NCBI GenBank assembly: GCA_964188305.1 | Contig: OZ076901.1 | Direction: 5' to 3' (one strand) | From: Podarcis bocagei | Taxonomy: Eukaryota | Length of the DNA: 64,000 nucleotides | Shown: positions 21,801 through 34,770 of the stretch, one piece after another | Numbering within the stretch: the first letter of the stretch is position 1 | Layout: each line of letters opens with the position of its first letter | The notes under the pieces: model-generated | The model's database searches: none | The model's input: the letters and a program-made list of their open reading frames with translations, nothing else | Told to the model about the DNA's origin: nothing | Translations under genes and position numbers: made by a program

Positions 21801-24800
21801 GCATCCTCCTGGTAGATGTTGCTTGGTGGGGAAGCAATTCCTGTTAACTTCCTTCAAGGTTTGGAGAAAGAAACCTGCTTGATCCCAGCCACAACTGAGC
21901 AGGAGCCAGAGTTTGCCCCCAGCTACAACCTCGTGACGGAGAACTTGGTGTTGACCCAGTATACCCTCCATTTAGGATTTCACAGGTACTGCCTCCAGAG
22001 GGTATATGGGTGTGTGGGAATGGCAAGGCCTTGCAAGTGCCTCTTCCTTAGACACTGAAAATTTGCCTACAGCAGGATTGGGCTGTAAAAGCCTGGTTGG
22101 CAGCCTTTGCAAGCTGAGGTGACCTGAGATATCCTACTGACAGGCAAAGCCTGTAATGAGAACAGTGATATGAGAGCACCCCAATCAAATTTGTTTAAGC
22201 AGATATTGGTTTGGGGAAAGGGGATTTTACTGGTATAATGAAGAAGCTAAACCAGTAAAGCCAATGCACGTGATTTCCAGCTGTCCCCTTGAAGCCCCCC
22301 TCCTTGATGTGGAAACCCCCTCAAATCAAAGCAGCTATCAAATAAATGATTGCAAAAAGCCTCTGGATGCAGTAGTTTGTTCCAGTTTGCTGCTTGTGTG
22401 ATCCAGAAGAGAGAATTGGTTCTGTTCCTGGGGAACCTGAGTTTGTTGCATCTCTAGTTCAATGGGGGAGCCTTGGACTCTTCCTCCCGATACTCACAGA
22501 GGCTATCTTGTACACCCCACTTTGCTTCTGTCCTTCTGGTTAATGTATGTATTTCTGTTGCTTGTACAGGTTGCATGACCAGATGATCAAACTAAACCAA
22601 AGCCTTCACCGGCTGCAGGTGGCCTGGCGAGAGGCTCAGCAGAGCTCCAGCCCTTCAGCAGACAACCTTCGGGAGCAGTTTGAGCGTCTCATGACCATCT
22701 ATCTCTCCACCAAAACAGCTATGACAGAGCCGCAGATGTTGCAGAACTGTCTTCACCTGCAGGTCTCCATGGCTGTTCTCCTGGTCCAGCTGGCCATTGG
22801 AAACCAAGGGACCGAGCTAGTAGACCTGACATTCCCTCTGTCTGAAGTGGAGAAGAATGCTCTGGCCTATGTCCCAGGTGACCAGCAAGGGGTTTCCCCT
22901 TCAGAAATGTTGGGCTTATCTCTTTGGCCTATATTGGCATCAAAAGATTTTGAACACTTCTTTTCCTCCAGCTGTTTCCTGAAAGTTAAGAGCACCCTTG
23001 CTGTTCTAGTCTGACTGATGGGCATCTAAAGAATTATAAAATATACCCTTGTGTAGTTCTCATCGGGGTTTAGTTGACCTAGAAAAGTTCTGGGATGGAG
23101 CGAAATAGTTTACAAGCAGGGGCCTATAGTTCTGCTCTCTCTGGAGCAGGCCTAGCTGGTTTATTGCAGCATCCCTGGGTGGGTAGGTAGGTAGGTGGCA
23201 GTGGTGACCATGGTCTAGGATTCTTAAGTCTGGCAACCCAAAAAACATCCACGCACCATCACTGAATTAATCGGGGCAAAACATTGCATTGGCTGTGCTT
23301 GTGTGCAGTCTATAGTTCCAGTCTAGAGATGGAAGGTTGAGGCTTCTGGAGTTCTGAAGGGAAGAGATGCTGATGTATAAGAGGACCTGAGAATTATGCT
23401 GGCAGCAGAAACACCAGACATGGAAGCCCACACGAGCAGGTACTGAAGGCCCAGGTAGTTTTAGGCTTGACTTTGCAATTAAGGACAAATGTATCTTTTT
23501 CCAAAAAAAACAAACCAGCTGTGCTTCCCAGGACACCACACAAAATACCTGAATTGGACATCACTTGCTGTACAGATTCCACATTGCTCTAAAAGATTCC
23601 CCTGCTACATCTTAGGGACCTTCTCCCTTGGTGCCAGAAAGATGTACAATTCCAGAAGAGGAGTCTGTCTTGCTGGCAGTGATGGTGTATGCTACCTAAA
23701 AAGCTAAAGTTAGAGAGACAGTGAAGTGGATGGGGACACACAAACACATCTGTCTCTATCCTTAGATGTGAAATAGCTGCAAGTGTGCATCCATTTCCAA
23801 CACCTTCCATGTTGACAAATAGGTTTCTCTTCCTGTGAGCTTTAGGCAAGGCCAGGTTGTGGTGTATTGGAGTATGCTTAGTTTGACCCTGGAGAAGCTA
23901 AAATGCTGTCCTGCTCTAGAGGAGTCTTTGTACTATTAAGTAAGTTCTTTATTTCTGGTCAAGGGCTGGGTCTGAACATTCTCCCAGCAAGCACCTCATT
24001 TGGCGCTTTGTATTTGCAGAATTTTTTGCTGACAACTTGGGTGACTTCTTCATATTCTTGCGCCGCTTTGCTGATGATCTTCTGGAAACGTCAGCTGACT
24101 CCCTGGAGCACATCCTTCATTTTGTGACTATCTTCACTGGGGATGTGGACAGGTAATGGCCTCTCCAGCCACTTATCCACCTCATTGTCCTTCATCCAGG
24201 CTTCAAGGGTGGTCACCAGTAAATATTTGGGAGTACAAAGGCAGGGAGAGAGGTTATGGCCAGATCAAATTAATCCCCTTTGAGCCAAGCAGTGATGCTA
24301 CAGCTCCTACACCTTAGCACGGCGGTGTAGAAAGCTTAAGCCATTCAGGCAGCTGGTAATGGTTTCCTGTTCTGCCTCCCTCTGTATTCTTGAACAAAGA
24401 CTGTCACCTTGAGCCGCTTTCTCCAAAGGAACAACAAGGGGCTTTGAAGTCCTATCCTTACCTGGCAGGTGTGGCTTTCTGAAAATGGCGTGGCAGGCCT
24501 AAAGATACCTACAGATCCATGTTTGGTCAGTAGGTTGGAGCTTCCCCACCCTCGCTCTAACAACTATATTGACTGTTGCATTGTGAGATAGCTATTTATT
24601 TTTGTTTATTTGTTTATTCAATTTATATCATGCGCCTTCCTCCAAAGGAGCCCAGGGTGGCAAGCATGTCCGTACTCAAACAGCGCAACTGAAACTTCTA
24701 AGAACAGTTAAAAATGCCTAAAATTAATTACCTATACTCAGACTAATAATTTCAAGGTTACTGGGGACAAAACTTTCAGCCATGAAATGCCAGGGCAAAC

Positions 24801-27800
24801 AGGAACGTTTTAATTTTTTTCATAAAAGTTAATCGTAAGGAAGACAAATGAACCTCACAAGGGAGGGTATTCCACTAAAGGGTAACTGCCACTAAGAAGG
24901 TCTTGTTTTGGGTCACCGCCAGCAATGGCACCACCAGCAGGGCTTTCCCTGCTGATTATAGGGTTATCCTCTAAGGTCCTGAGTGTCCAAGCTTTTGGGG
25001 TTTTAGGAGATCAAATTCTACATTTCCACTTGAGCCAGGAAGAAATCAGGTAACACTTGCAGAAGTTGGGGCACTTGCCTCATGGTTCTGGCATTTTCCA
25101 AGTTCTGCCCCAGTTGGTGTCTCTGAATTGTGGTCAACAGCAGGCAAAGAGGAAGCCACTAAGAAGCAAAGCTTCCAGGATATGTTGGCAGGGCTAACAG
25201 TCATCCTTGAATGTCCTCCCAGGTGGTTGATCCTCATTTGCCCTCCTGCAGGATGAAGAACCCACACCTGCGAGCCAAGCTGGCTGAAGTGTTAGAGGCT
25301 GTAATGCCTCACATGGACCAGGTGCAGAATCCCCTTGTCTCCAGTGTCTTCCATCGCAAGAGGGTCTTCTGCTCCTACCGGCATGCTGCCTACCTTGCCG
25401 AGGCACTCATCAAGGTCTTTGTGGACATTGAGTTCACTGGTAAGGGGGCGGTGGGAGAGAGGGACCTTGCTCTAGCGGTGCCACTTTCATCATCTTCCTC
25501 CTCCTTGAGCTGCTGCCATTTCCATTCCTGCTGAACAGAGCCATCCTCCCAGTCACATGCTTTGCATCTGTGATAGCAGCGCTCAGGGGCGAGGGGGCTT
25601 TCCTTTTCTCCCAAGTCCTCTGAGCACCTTGTGCTGCACCAGACATGGGTGACGTCTCTCCCTGTACCATTCATGGCTCAGGGCACATTTTTGAGCTGTC
25701 CATGCTTTTTCTTGAGTGTAAACCATGAAACCATGAAAGTGGAGGGTGGAAAGAGCCTTTGCTGTTCCCTCTGGACATTCAGTAGCACACTGCCATGCCA
25801 AGATGCAGCTTTGAAGCATGAGGACCTGCCATATTGTGAGCAAAACATCCCTTCCTTGGTCTTGTGGTGCTGCCAGATCTTGGCATTCATTTTGGCTTGG
25901 CCTGTTCTTTTCCTCCTGCCTAGGAGATCCCCATCAGTTCGAGCAGAAGTTCAACTATCGCAGGCCTATGTACCCCATCCTCAGGTATATGTGGGGCATT
26001 GATTCCTACCGGGAAAGCATCAAGGTAAGGCTTGGGAGGTACATGAGTTGCTTCAGCCAGGACAGCAATCATCTCTGGGTGGGAAACATCTCTGTCTCCC
26101 CCTCCCTCTTCTTGCAGGCACTTGCCGACTATGCCTCAAAGAACCTAGAAGCAATGAATCCCCCCCTCTTTTTGCGCTTCCTAAACTTGCTCATGAATGA
26201 TGCCATCTTCCTGTTGGATGAAGCCATTCAGGTAAAGCATTTTATTTATTTTTTGATGATGGGAAGGAGCACCAAAGAGGAAAATAAAATGGTCCCAAGA
26301 TCTATGAAACAAGAATTTCTCATAGCCATGAATGGAATTGCCACCTGCAGTTACTCTGATAGTACCAGGAAGGTTGTTTGTGTGTGAGAGAGGGGGTGGG
26401 AGGAGAGTTCTTGAAAGTTCTAGGAAGATTATCTGTCTCTGAACTGATCGTTGTAAACTAGTTCAGGAGAGGGAGTGAAAGGAAGTTTCTCTGGCGGCCT
26501 CTGTGCCACAAAGGCCAGTTCCCCTGAAGGGTTTGTGTGCGTGGAGACACTTTAAACCAGTGGTTCCCTAACTTTTTTGGGTCACCACCCCTTCGGTTCC
26601 ATGGACTCATCCCCAGTGCCTCCCCACCACCCTTTAAAAAGCATTATTCGAAATAGTGGTCCACTAAGGAAAATTACAACACAACAAAATTCAGAGCAGG
26701 AGCAATTAATTGCATATTTGTTCAGAGCCCAATTAAAACTGTTTAGTTTAATTAATGCAACAAAATTCAGAGCAAGATCCAGTGATGCCAACTTTTCAAA
26801 GTTTGATAGTAATTTACACCTTCAGTGCCCCCCCACCAATGCCCCTTGCCTCTTAGCACCCCCCTAGGTAATCCCACCCTCACCCCTGGGGGTGGTACCA
26901 CCCACTTTGGGAAACACTGCTTTAGACCAACTTCATTTGCATTACCCATGCTTGTAAGATTCATTCCCTCTGCCTCTACTGAATACTGTTGTGTGTTCAT
27001 CACTTGCTCTACTGCTCTTTCTCAACCTTTCCTCTGCTGGTGTGAGCTGGAGAATTCTGTTCTGCCATGTCTGCCTGAGAGAACTGCATCTGGCCTGTGT
27101 TGAGGAAAGAGGCCCATTCCGGAAATTCAGTCTGGCTGATCTGTTGCTGTTGCCCCTCTCAGCTGCTGTCCACCTCCTTAATAGAAGATTGTGGAAAATG
27201 GGCCAGAAGACTACTGAGCTATGGTTACGTGTGCTTCATACACCCTCTTCCTTCTCTCCCTTTCTCCCCCACCTCAAATCGCTCTGCAGTACCTGAGTAA
27301 GATCAAGATCCAGCAGATTGAGAAGGACCGGGGTGAGTGGGATGCCTTGTCTACAGAGCTGCGGCGTGAGAAGGAAGCCAGCCTGCAGATGTTTGGGCAG
27401 CTGGCTCGCTTCCACAACATCATGTCCAATGAGACCATTGGGACCCTGGCCTTCCTGACTTCAGGTAAAGACAGCAGTCTCCAGCTAGGAGTGAGGAGGG
27501 GAGCTGGGCTGTTCAGGGGACCTCACAGAGACCTGGTTTACATTGCAGAGATCAAGTCCCTCTTTGTGCACCCCTTCCTGGCTGAGCGCATTATCTCCAT
27601 GCTCAACGACTTCCTGCAGCACTTGGTGGGCCCCAAAATGGGGGCTTTAAAGGTCAAAGACTTCAGCGAGTTTGACTTCAAACCCCAACAGCTGGTTTCT
27701 GACATCTGCACCATCTACTTAAATCTGGGGTATGTGTATTGGGAAGGAGAGGGCAACTTGGTGGTGGTGGCAGCAGCCCTCTGAATGCTTTCCCCCATCA

Positions 27801-29464
27801 TTCCCTTTTTTGGAGCATTTCGTTGACCACTGTTGCAAAAAGAGGGCAGGGCCAGCTGAGCCTTTGGTCTGTCTAAGCCAAGAGCATTGGTATGCTTGTG
27901 GAAGTGTGAGAGAACAAGAGAATGCCAAAGGTGGAAGGCTGTAAGGCAGACTGACTGGGCTTGCCTAGGGAAGAGAGCAGAGAAGCACCCTTCCTTGCTT
28001 GAATGTGCAGAAGGGCCTTGCCACTCCCACTGTTGTCTCATCCCTCTTCTCTTTCAGGGACGAGGAGAACTTTTGTGCCACAGTGCCCAAGGACGGGCGA
28101 TCGTATTCCCCAACTCTTTTTGCTCAGACAGTCAGAGTCCTGAAGAAGATTAACAAGCCTGGCAACATGATTGTGGCATTTAGCAACCTGGCAGAGAGGA
28201 TCAAGGTGAGGGGTGGTGGAGGGGAGCTGGCACTAGCTTCCTCCCTGCTTTCCACAAAGGAACCCTCCTTTTTGGAGAGCTGCATGTTGGTGCCTCATCC
28301 TCTGCTGTTGGCATTTTGAGCTGGGCAGCTTGTGTATGCTCTTGCGAGAAGGAGGCTTTCTCTACCTAGTAGCATGTGCAAGGAGCAGACCCTCTGAGCT
28401 ATAGGCTTTCACTAAGTCCCTCCATGAAAGGAAAGGCAAGGAAACAAAACGGAGTGTAGTGGGAGCATTAGCCCCTTCCATAAGCCAGAATTACATTCCT
28501 TGCCGCTTCCTGGAGCTAAGCCAGGCCCAAGAATACAACTTTGCTCTCATTTGTTGCCCTTAAACAAAGGCTCGGCGGCAACTAGTCGTCTGCTGAGCTT
28601 CTTGGGTGTGTTGGGGAGAAGTTCCCTTCTGTCATCCATCCCACCATTGACCTGAGCAGGCAGGGACCTCTCTAACAATTGTTGGGCTTTCTTCTAGTCC
28701 CTTGCAGACCGCCAACTGCAGGAAGAGGAGACCTATGCGGATGCCTGTGATGAGTTTCTGGACCCTATCATGAGTACTTTAATGATGGACCCGGTGCTGC
28801 TGCCTTCCTCTCGGGTCACTGTAGATAGATCGACAATTGCAAGGCACCTCCTAAGGTATTCACAAGGCTGGGGAGGGGTCAGGGTAAAGGCTGAACAACT
28901 GATTGCTTATCTCTTCTAGGAAAATATTAGGTGGCTTTAGCTCCAAGCACCTCCCCTTGCCCAAAGTCATTTGATGTTAAGGTAGCCCAATTTATCCCTG
29001 AGTCTGCCTCACTTAGCTCTACTGTTCCAGGCATACCCAATTTTCTAAAATAAGCAAATTCCTTTCACTACAAAAGGCTGCCTCACAGCAATGGTTGCAC
29101 ATTGGGGGTCTGTCAGAGCACCATATTGGGCTTCCACAACTGTGGCCAAATAAAAGGCAGTCTTTGTCTGCCAGATGACTTCCTCCTTGATTTGATATCC
29201 ATCTGGTGGGGTGGCGGTGGGCCTGTGTGTCCATCTCCAAAGGTTGGTGGCTCTGCCTCCTGCCCACATATCTGTGCTACTAGCTAGTCTCTCCTTTACC
29301 TGCTTCCTGGTGTTTTTTCTCCTTGTAGTGACCAGACTGATCCTTTCAACCGGAGCCCCCTCACCATGGACCAGATCAGACCAAATACTGAACTCAAGGA
29401 GCGGATCCAGCAGTGGCTCGCAGAGCGGAAGAAAGAAAAGGAGCAGTTGGAAGGGACTCTGTGA
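17046..29464 (+). CDS. UBE4A: Ubiquitin conjugation factor E4 A (U-box E3/E4 ligase, Ufd2 family); coding exons 17046-17169, 17954-18130, 18970-19082, 19697-19849, 19946-20105, 20285-20487, 20774-20965, 21337-21670, 21859-21985, 22570-22877, 24020-24152, 25252-25439, 25924-26024, 26118-26231, 27290-27464, 27549-27729, 28058-28205, 28698-28855, 29329-29464 (about 1074 aa)
   Basis: Starts [21 protein letters not shown]. Contains Ufd2-core motifs ([40 protein letters not shown]) and a C-terminal U-box ([48 protein letters not shown]). All 18 introns are GT-AG and the exons sum to 3225 nt in frame. Confidence 0.97.
17753..17810. repeat. 29-bp tandem duplication in a UBE4A intron
   Basis: CTATATTT(G/A)CCTGATGCCTGACACCTTAT x2 with one mismatch. 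Confidence 0.85.
18786..18863. repeat. (AAAT)n(AGAT)n microsatellite
   Basis: Read directly from the sequence. Confidence 0.9.
19291..19429. mobile_element. Short palindromic hAT-like MITE (ACTACAACTCCCA family); relatives near 8174-8311, 31092-31217, 40695-40820, 44494-44620
   Basis: Inverted ends with TSD TTATAGAG/TTCTAGAG (7/8). Internal GCTGATGGGAGTTATAGTCC matches the arm shared by the other copies. Confidence 0.6.
26558..26919. mobile_element. hAT MITE (UBE4A intron)
   Basis: CAGTGGTTCCC...GGGAAACACTG ends; TSD CTTTAAAC/CTTTAGAC (7/8). Confidence 0.75.
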
Positions 29465-30167
29465 CCTGGATTGTGGCCCTGGCTGGGCTTCCGCAACCCC
29501 CAGGACCTTTAAGCTGCCTGCTCCTTCCCTCTTTTGCGCTACCACTGCAGAGTTGTGAGGGGAGAAGTGTGGGGGTTCTATGGGCCTGTTTTTGGTTTTG
29601 GGTTTTTTGCCATTAGGACTTTTGTCAGGAATCTTTAGCTGCTCCCTGCCTTTTTGGTTCACCTGCTGTCCGGTTTCCACAGCAACTGCCCTTCCCCGTA
29701 TCCCTGCCCAGATAGGTTTCCCTTCTGTTGCAGCAGCATTTCTTGTGCCAGAAACTTTTTTTCTGTTTTAATGTGAAGGCAAAAGCTGCACTCTCCCCAT
29801 TGGACAGACCTTTCTTTATGCAATCCTGACACTATTGGTGGAGATCTGCAACTCACTTTGGTCCACACAGGGGGACTATTATCCACCAACAGCCTTTGGT
29901 TAGAGGAAGCTGATGCCAAGAGGCTGGGTGAATGTTTGCTGTAGCATTTGCCCACTCCCCGAGCTTGACATATCATACTGTGGTGATGAGCCCCCGTTGT
30001 TGCTTTTGCTGGCAATGACTTAAGTCTTCTGGGCTGGTGGGCCTGCGCCCAAAGCACTGTGTACATGTTCATGCAGGTGCCCTATAAATCCTGCCTGCAT
30101 TTATACTGTGCCTGTTGCATGTCAATATGTATGCAGTGTGTATATAGTATGACATTCACTTTAGACC

Positions 30168-30173
30168 AATAAA
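30168..30173 (+). terminator. Probable UBE4A polyadenylation signal AATAAA
   Basis: AATAAA about 700 nt after the stop, followed by GU-rich sequence. Confidence 0.6.
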
Positions 30174-31091
30174 AGTGTCAGGTGTCCATGTTTCTTTGGT
30201 GTTGTATGCCCGTTGATCCTGTAGCCACCTACCTTCAACCACTTCCTCTCTACCAGGGTCACTGCTGCAACCTCATTGGAGTTGGTGTGCTGAACATGCC
30301 CCTTGGCTGCTCTTTGTTTAACTCTTCAGTATTTCCATTTCAAAACAATTATGTATTTTTGTTTTAAATATTCTATCCTGCTCCATTTAAATGAGGTAGA
30401 GCATATACTTGATCAGCTCTCCAGAAGTAGACGCTTTTCGTATATTCTTGTTGGCTTTCCTCCCCTCCAGCCTGGTGTAGAAAACCCTAACCCTATAGAA
30501 GACTCCACAATCCTTCCTCAGGGCCTAAACACATTTAAATCTTCCCAGTGGAGATCCTACACTTTGAGCTGTCTAGCTGGTCCTGTGTAAGGAGATAAAG
30601 AGCAATTATGAAACTGCTTTCCTGAGGTCCTTGGGCTTCCTAATTTTTCTTTTCTTTCTTTTTAGGGTTGCGCGACTTGTTTCCCAATATCAGTGGTGCA
30701 CCAAAAGTGCTTCTTCTCACCCCCTTTCGCAGTGTGTGGTATCCAAAAACCCCCAAAGCAGGCAACATGCTTGTCACAGGCCCGTCTTTTTATACCCTGT
30801 GACACTTTCTTCCTCCTATCCATAGCTTCCATAACCACCTCCCCTTCCTTCCACAACTTGCCTGTATTCAGGAGTGCATTGGCTTGGAGAAATTTAATTG
30901 GATAGGGCTCCATGACAGGGTCTGTCTAAATGTGTCCCACAGTATCTCCCCCTACACAATCTGTTTTTTTGAACCACTCCCCATGGAAGAAGACCTGAAT
31001 TTGAAGAAGCAGGTATTCGGGGGGGGGGGTGAAAAGCATGCTGCTACTCCCACTACATTGAAGTGGGGCACTGTGGGTGCTTTGTCTAGGA

Positions 31092-31217
31092 TACGGTTTC
31101 CCAAATTTGTGTCTCTGTTGTTGGACTACAACTCCCATCATCCCTAGCTGGCAAGACAATGGAATGATGGAAATTGTAGTCCAAAGACAGCTAGAGACCC
31201 AAGTTTGGGAAACCCTG
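31092..31217. mobile_element. Short palindromic hAT-like MITE
   Basis: GGTTTCCCAAA ... TTTGGGAAACC ends, with internal inverted arms GGACTACAACTCCCATCAT / ATGATGGAAATTGTAGTCC. Confidence 0.65.
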
Positions 31218-31276
31218 GCCTGGGGAGTGTTCCGCCAGTGATGGATGGGGCTGTACTCTGCTGTGAAAGCTCAGAT

Positions 31277-31460
31277 TTAGGAATGTCAGAAGCTGCCTTA
31301 AATAAAGTCAGATTTATTATGATGTCGGGTTTATAAAGTCCACCTAGCTCAGAGTTGTCTACATTGGTGGCAACTTTCCATGGTTTGAGGCAGGGATCTA
31401 AGACTTGCCTGGAAAGGTTAAGCACTGAATTTGGGGCCTTCTGCATGCAAAAAGTGCTCT
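31277..31460 (-). mobile_element. Degraded tRNA-derived SINE (same family as 40858-41049)
   Basis: Reverse-complement similarity to the 40858 element, including the GCAGCTTC...CCTA tail and TGAGCTAG core. Confidence 0.5.
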
Positions 31461-31599
31461 TGGATCCACCTTTATCTGTACAGTCAAGTGACTATGATGG
31501 TTTCAAAAACTCTTTCACGGGCACCAGCTGTTATTCAACTGTAACGCCCCCAACCCATAACCAGCACGCAAATATCTATGTATTAGGAACGTGTGTTAT

Positions 31600-32600
31600 G
31601 ACGGCTGCCTTCTAAGGGTGCCCTCGCTGCCTGCCACGGGCTCTTTTTTTTCCTTTTCGGCTTTCCCTGTCCAGGCTGCGGACAAAAAGGAAAAGCCCGC
31701 TGCTACCTCTCCGGGGAAGCCAGCCTGGGGCCGCGTTCCGCTTCTGCGCATGCGCTTCGCTGGAAGCGGCTCCTTGCCTTTTTTCACGGACTTCGTTCAC
31801 CCTCCTTCCGTCAGCGCCTGCGGAGGGCGCACGCGCACAAGCATTCTCTCCACCCCCATAGACAGTTGTCTTCGATAAACGCCTGCTGGAAAGAAAAGAG
31901 GAAAAAATAATTTTAAAAATCGCGGGTAAGGCAGCGAAGACAGCAGCCACTGAGAAAGGCCGGCAGGCACGTCCGCCCTCCCAGCAGCTCGGCGGCTTCC
32001 TCCGGGCTAAGTGCGTGGGCGGCGCGAGCGAGACCGGCATAGCTGGGGCAGCTGCGGCGGGGTCCTTACACTCCGCCTGGCTGTGACCTTCAGGGGGCTT
32101 CTTTCGAGCGGCTCCTGCTTGTCCGCTGTTCCTCCTCCTCATTCCTCTCCGGTCCTCCTCCGTCCGCTGCTCGCTCCCGGGATGGCGCAGGCTGCGCAGA
32201 AGCTGGTGACGGCCATCACCACCCAAGGGCCCAAGCTTGTTTCTGGTCAGTCAGGGGTGGGGGCGAGTTTCCTTCAGGGACAGCTGAAGAAGAAGCGCTT
32301 CTCAATCGCGCGGCTGCTACCGCTTTCACGTCCGCGCTGGAAGAGGAAGGGCAGGCGGCGCCGGCCACGGAGCCTGCCTCCAGTTAGGGGGCGGGCGACG
32401 AGCCGTCGCCTCTCTTGGCAGGGGGCGGCCCTTTGCTTTGCCCGACTCCCGCTGCTCCTCCCCCAGCCTCGGTGCTGGGGACGGCCGCTCCGAGAGCTGT
32501 GGGGCCGAAGGCAGGGCGGGGAAGGAGTTTCATTTGAGGCTTGCGTCGAACCGGTGAATTGCCCTAAGGGAACCTGACGTCCTGACGTGGCTTCTGCCAA
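31600..32600 (+). promoter_or_regulatory. ATP5MG CpG-island promoter with NRF1-type site
   Basis: CpG-dense region spanning exon 1. TGCGCATGCGC at 31745-31755 and a GCGCACGCGCAC variant near 31827, plus ETS-like CTTCC cores and GC boxes. Confidence 0.75.
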
Positions 32601-34562
32601 AGGAACGAGTTTGCTGCTTAGTCGCACTGTGGCTTTAAATCCCATCCCACAGTAATGCCGTGCAGCAAGTAATACTGGAGCTCATGGCAGAACATGTATA
32701 AAATTTAATCAAGCAGCCGTTCAATAAAACTGTTTGATGTGCATGCAGTGGGACTGACCTTCGCATGCCCAGAAGAATAAGGCGGTCTTAACCTAGCATC
32801 TAAAAAAATACCATGGGCTTAGGATTGAGGGTGGAAGGTAGTCAGCATTATGAGGGGGCAGGACCTGTCATCCTCTTGTCTGGCTCTGTTTAGCAGATTC
32901 GGGCTGAAATGTCTCAACAGTTGTTTTAAATTATTTTCTTTTGATCCCAGCTGCTCAGATAAATCTGTCAAAATCTTTCTCCAATTTCTACTCTTAGTTT
33001 TTTTATTTATTGACTTGATTTAGGGGGGGCAGCTGCTACCCCTGGCTACGCCCATGAACCATACCATGATGAGACCTGGCAAACAATGCCATGCTGGGGA
33101 AGGGATTCTTATCAACATGGCAACGCTACAGAGATGATGCTTTTCTTAGTCACCATTACCTATGTGGGAGCTTTACTTATTGAATGGTATTCAAAACTGT
33201 TAAAGGCACTTACTATTGTTGCCAGTAGGGACCAGAATTGTACTGTTTTGCTTTACTTCAAATGCTTAAATTATTTTTAAATGTACTTAAACACTCAAGT
33301 GAGTTCTGGCACTGAATATTTGGATGCTGCAAGTTTTGACCTACATGTGCAAAGTTACCTAGAGAGATGGAAAAATTCCAAGTGCTGCTTTGCTCTGGTG
33401 CTTAAAAATGTGCCAGTGCTGGGGATTTGGACTACTTTTCTAACCTTGGTTATTCACTCAAGAGTTCATATTAAATGGCCATTGTGTGCAGATTGAGAGC
33501 AGTGATCCCCCACTGGACGCAGGTGTTTAATGACGGTAGATTTACCTGCTGTCAGGAAACTGCCACTTTTGGCACAGTGGGACATTAGTTTATGGTGATT
33601 TGTAGATGTCTGCTTTGCACACCTGCTTTTGCTCTCATCTCATCCCACTCTTATCTCTTTCAGCTGCTATCACTTATTCAAAGCCTCGCCTGGCCACTTT
33701 TTTGTACTATGCTAAAGTTGAATTGGTTCCCCCAACTCCTGCTGAAATTCCTAAGGCCATTGATGGCATGAAAGGATTGGTGAAGAGCATGCAGACTGGC
33801 CGCATCAAACAGCTCACTGTCAAGGTAACTGCAAGCCAGAAGTGAAAGGTCATTACCCTAAGCTATAGCTATTCTTATCTATAATAGGTTATATCTGGCT
33901 GTATGTAAAAAGTGGATTCAGTCAATATTAAGCAAAAGACCAACTGAACACCTTGTTGGTGCTTTACCCTGATACAAACATTGTGACTCTTCTAAAACAT
34001 TACAACTTGTAAATCATTAAAGTTTTTTTAAAAAAACTCCTGAGATTGTGGGCTGGGCCTCTGACCTCATCCTGGCTGGTTGCTTCTTTGTCCAGAATGG
34101 TGATGCCCGCAACAGTCAGTCATAGTCTCAAAGTTGTTTGTAAACTGGCATGCAGTTGCATTTTCATTCTTTTATTGTAGGTGATGTAACTTGCAAAGCT
34201 TTACTTGGTTCATAGGAGCTCCTATTCCTGAGGCTGGAATCTTGGATGAATTTGGGGGCCACAAGCTGAAATGCTAAAATATCTGTTCCTTCTTTCTCAA
34301 TCCTGTGGAGGAAGCATGGGCGCAGATATTTTCTAGGAACTAGAGTGTGCCGTGTAATGCACCCTATCATAGATCATAAGGAAGCCTCTGGAATGGGGTT
34401 TGTATTTGGAGGGATGATTTGCTAAAGTGGCAAAAGTTGTGAAATATTTCTCTTTTCTTTCAGGAAGTGCTGAGGAACGGCTTGGTGGCTACTGAAGTGC
34501 TAATGTGGTTTTACATCGGCGAAATCATAGGCAAACGTGGCCTGATTGGCTATGATGTTTGA
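32182..34562 (+). CDS. ATP5MG: ATP synthase membrane subunit g (ATP5L); exons 32182-32245, 33664-33824, 34464-34562 (107 aa)
   Basis: [54 protein letters not shown]...[36 protein letters not shown]. The GxxxG motif (GEIIG) is present, and the 161-nt and 99-nt exons are typical of this gene. Confidence 0.97.
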
Positions 34563-34764
34563 AAGTTTTTGGTTTCTACTCCTAACAGTGTCGTAGTATT
34601 AAATTACAGTGCTGAGATGAAATTGTGGTGGTCTCTACAAATAACATTCAGATTGGGGCAGAATCAGATGATGGTGACATGAATGCAGACAAGGATCCCT
34701 AAAATACTCCTTCTCTTCCTCCTCCTGTTGGGGGATAGGGTGGGCACCAGTGGTTGGCTGTTCA

Positions 34765-34770
34765 AATAAA
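34765..34770 (+). terminator. Probable ATP5MG polyadenylation signal AATAAA
   Basis: AATAAA about 200 nt after the stop codon. Confidence 0.6.
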
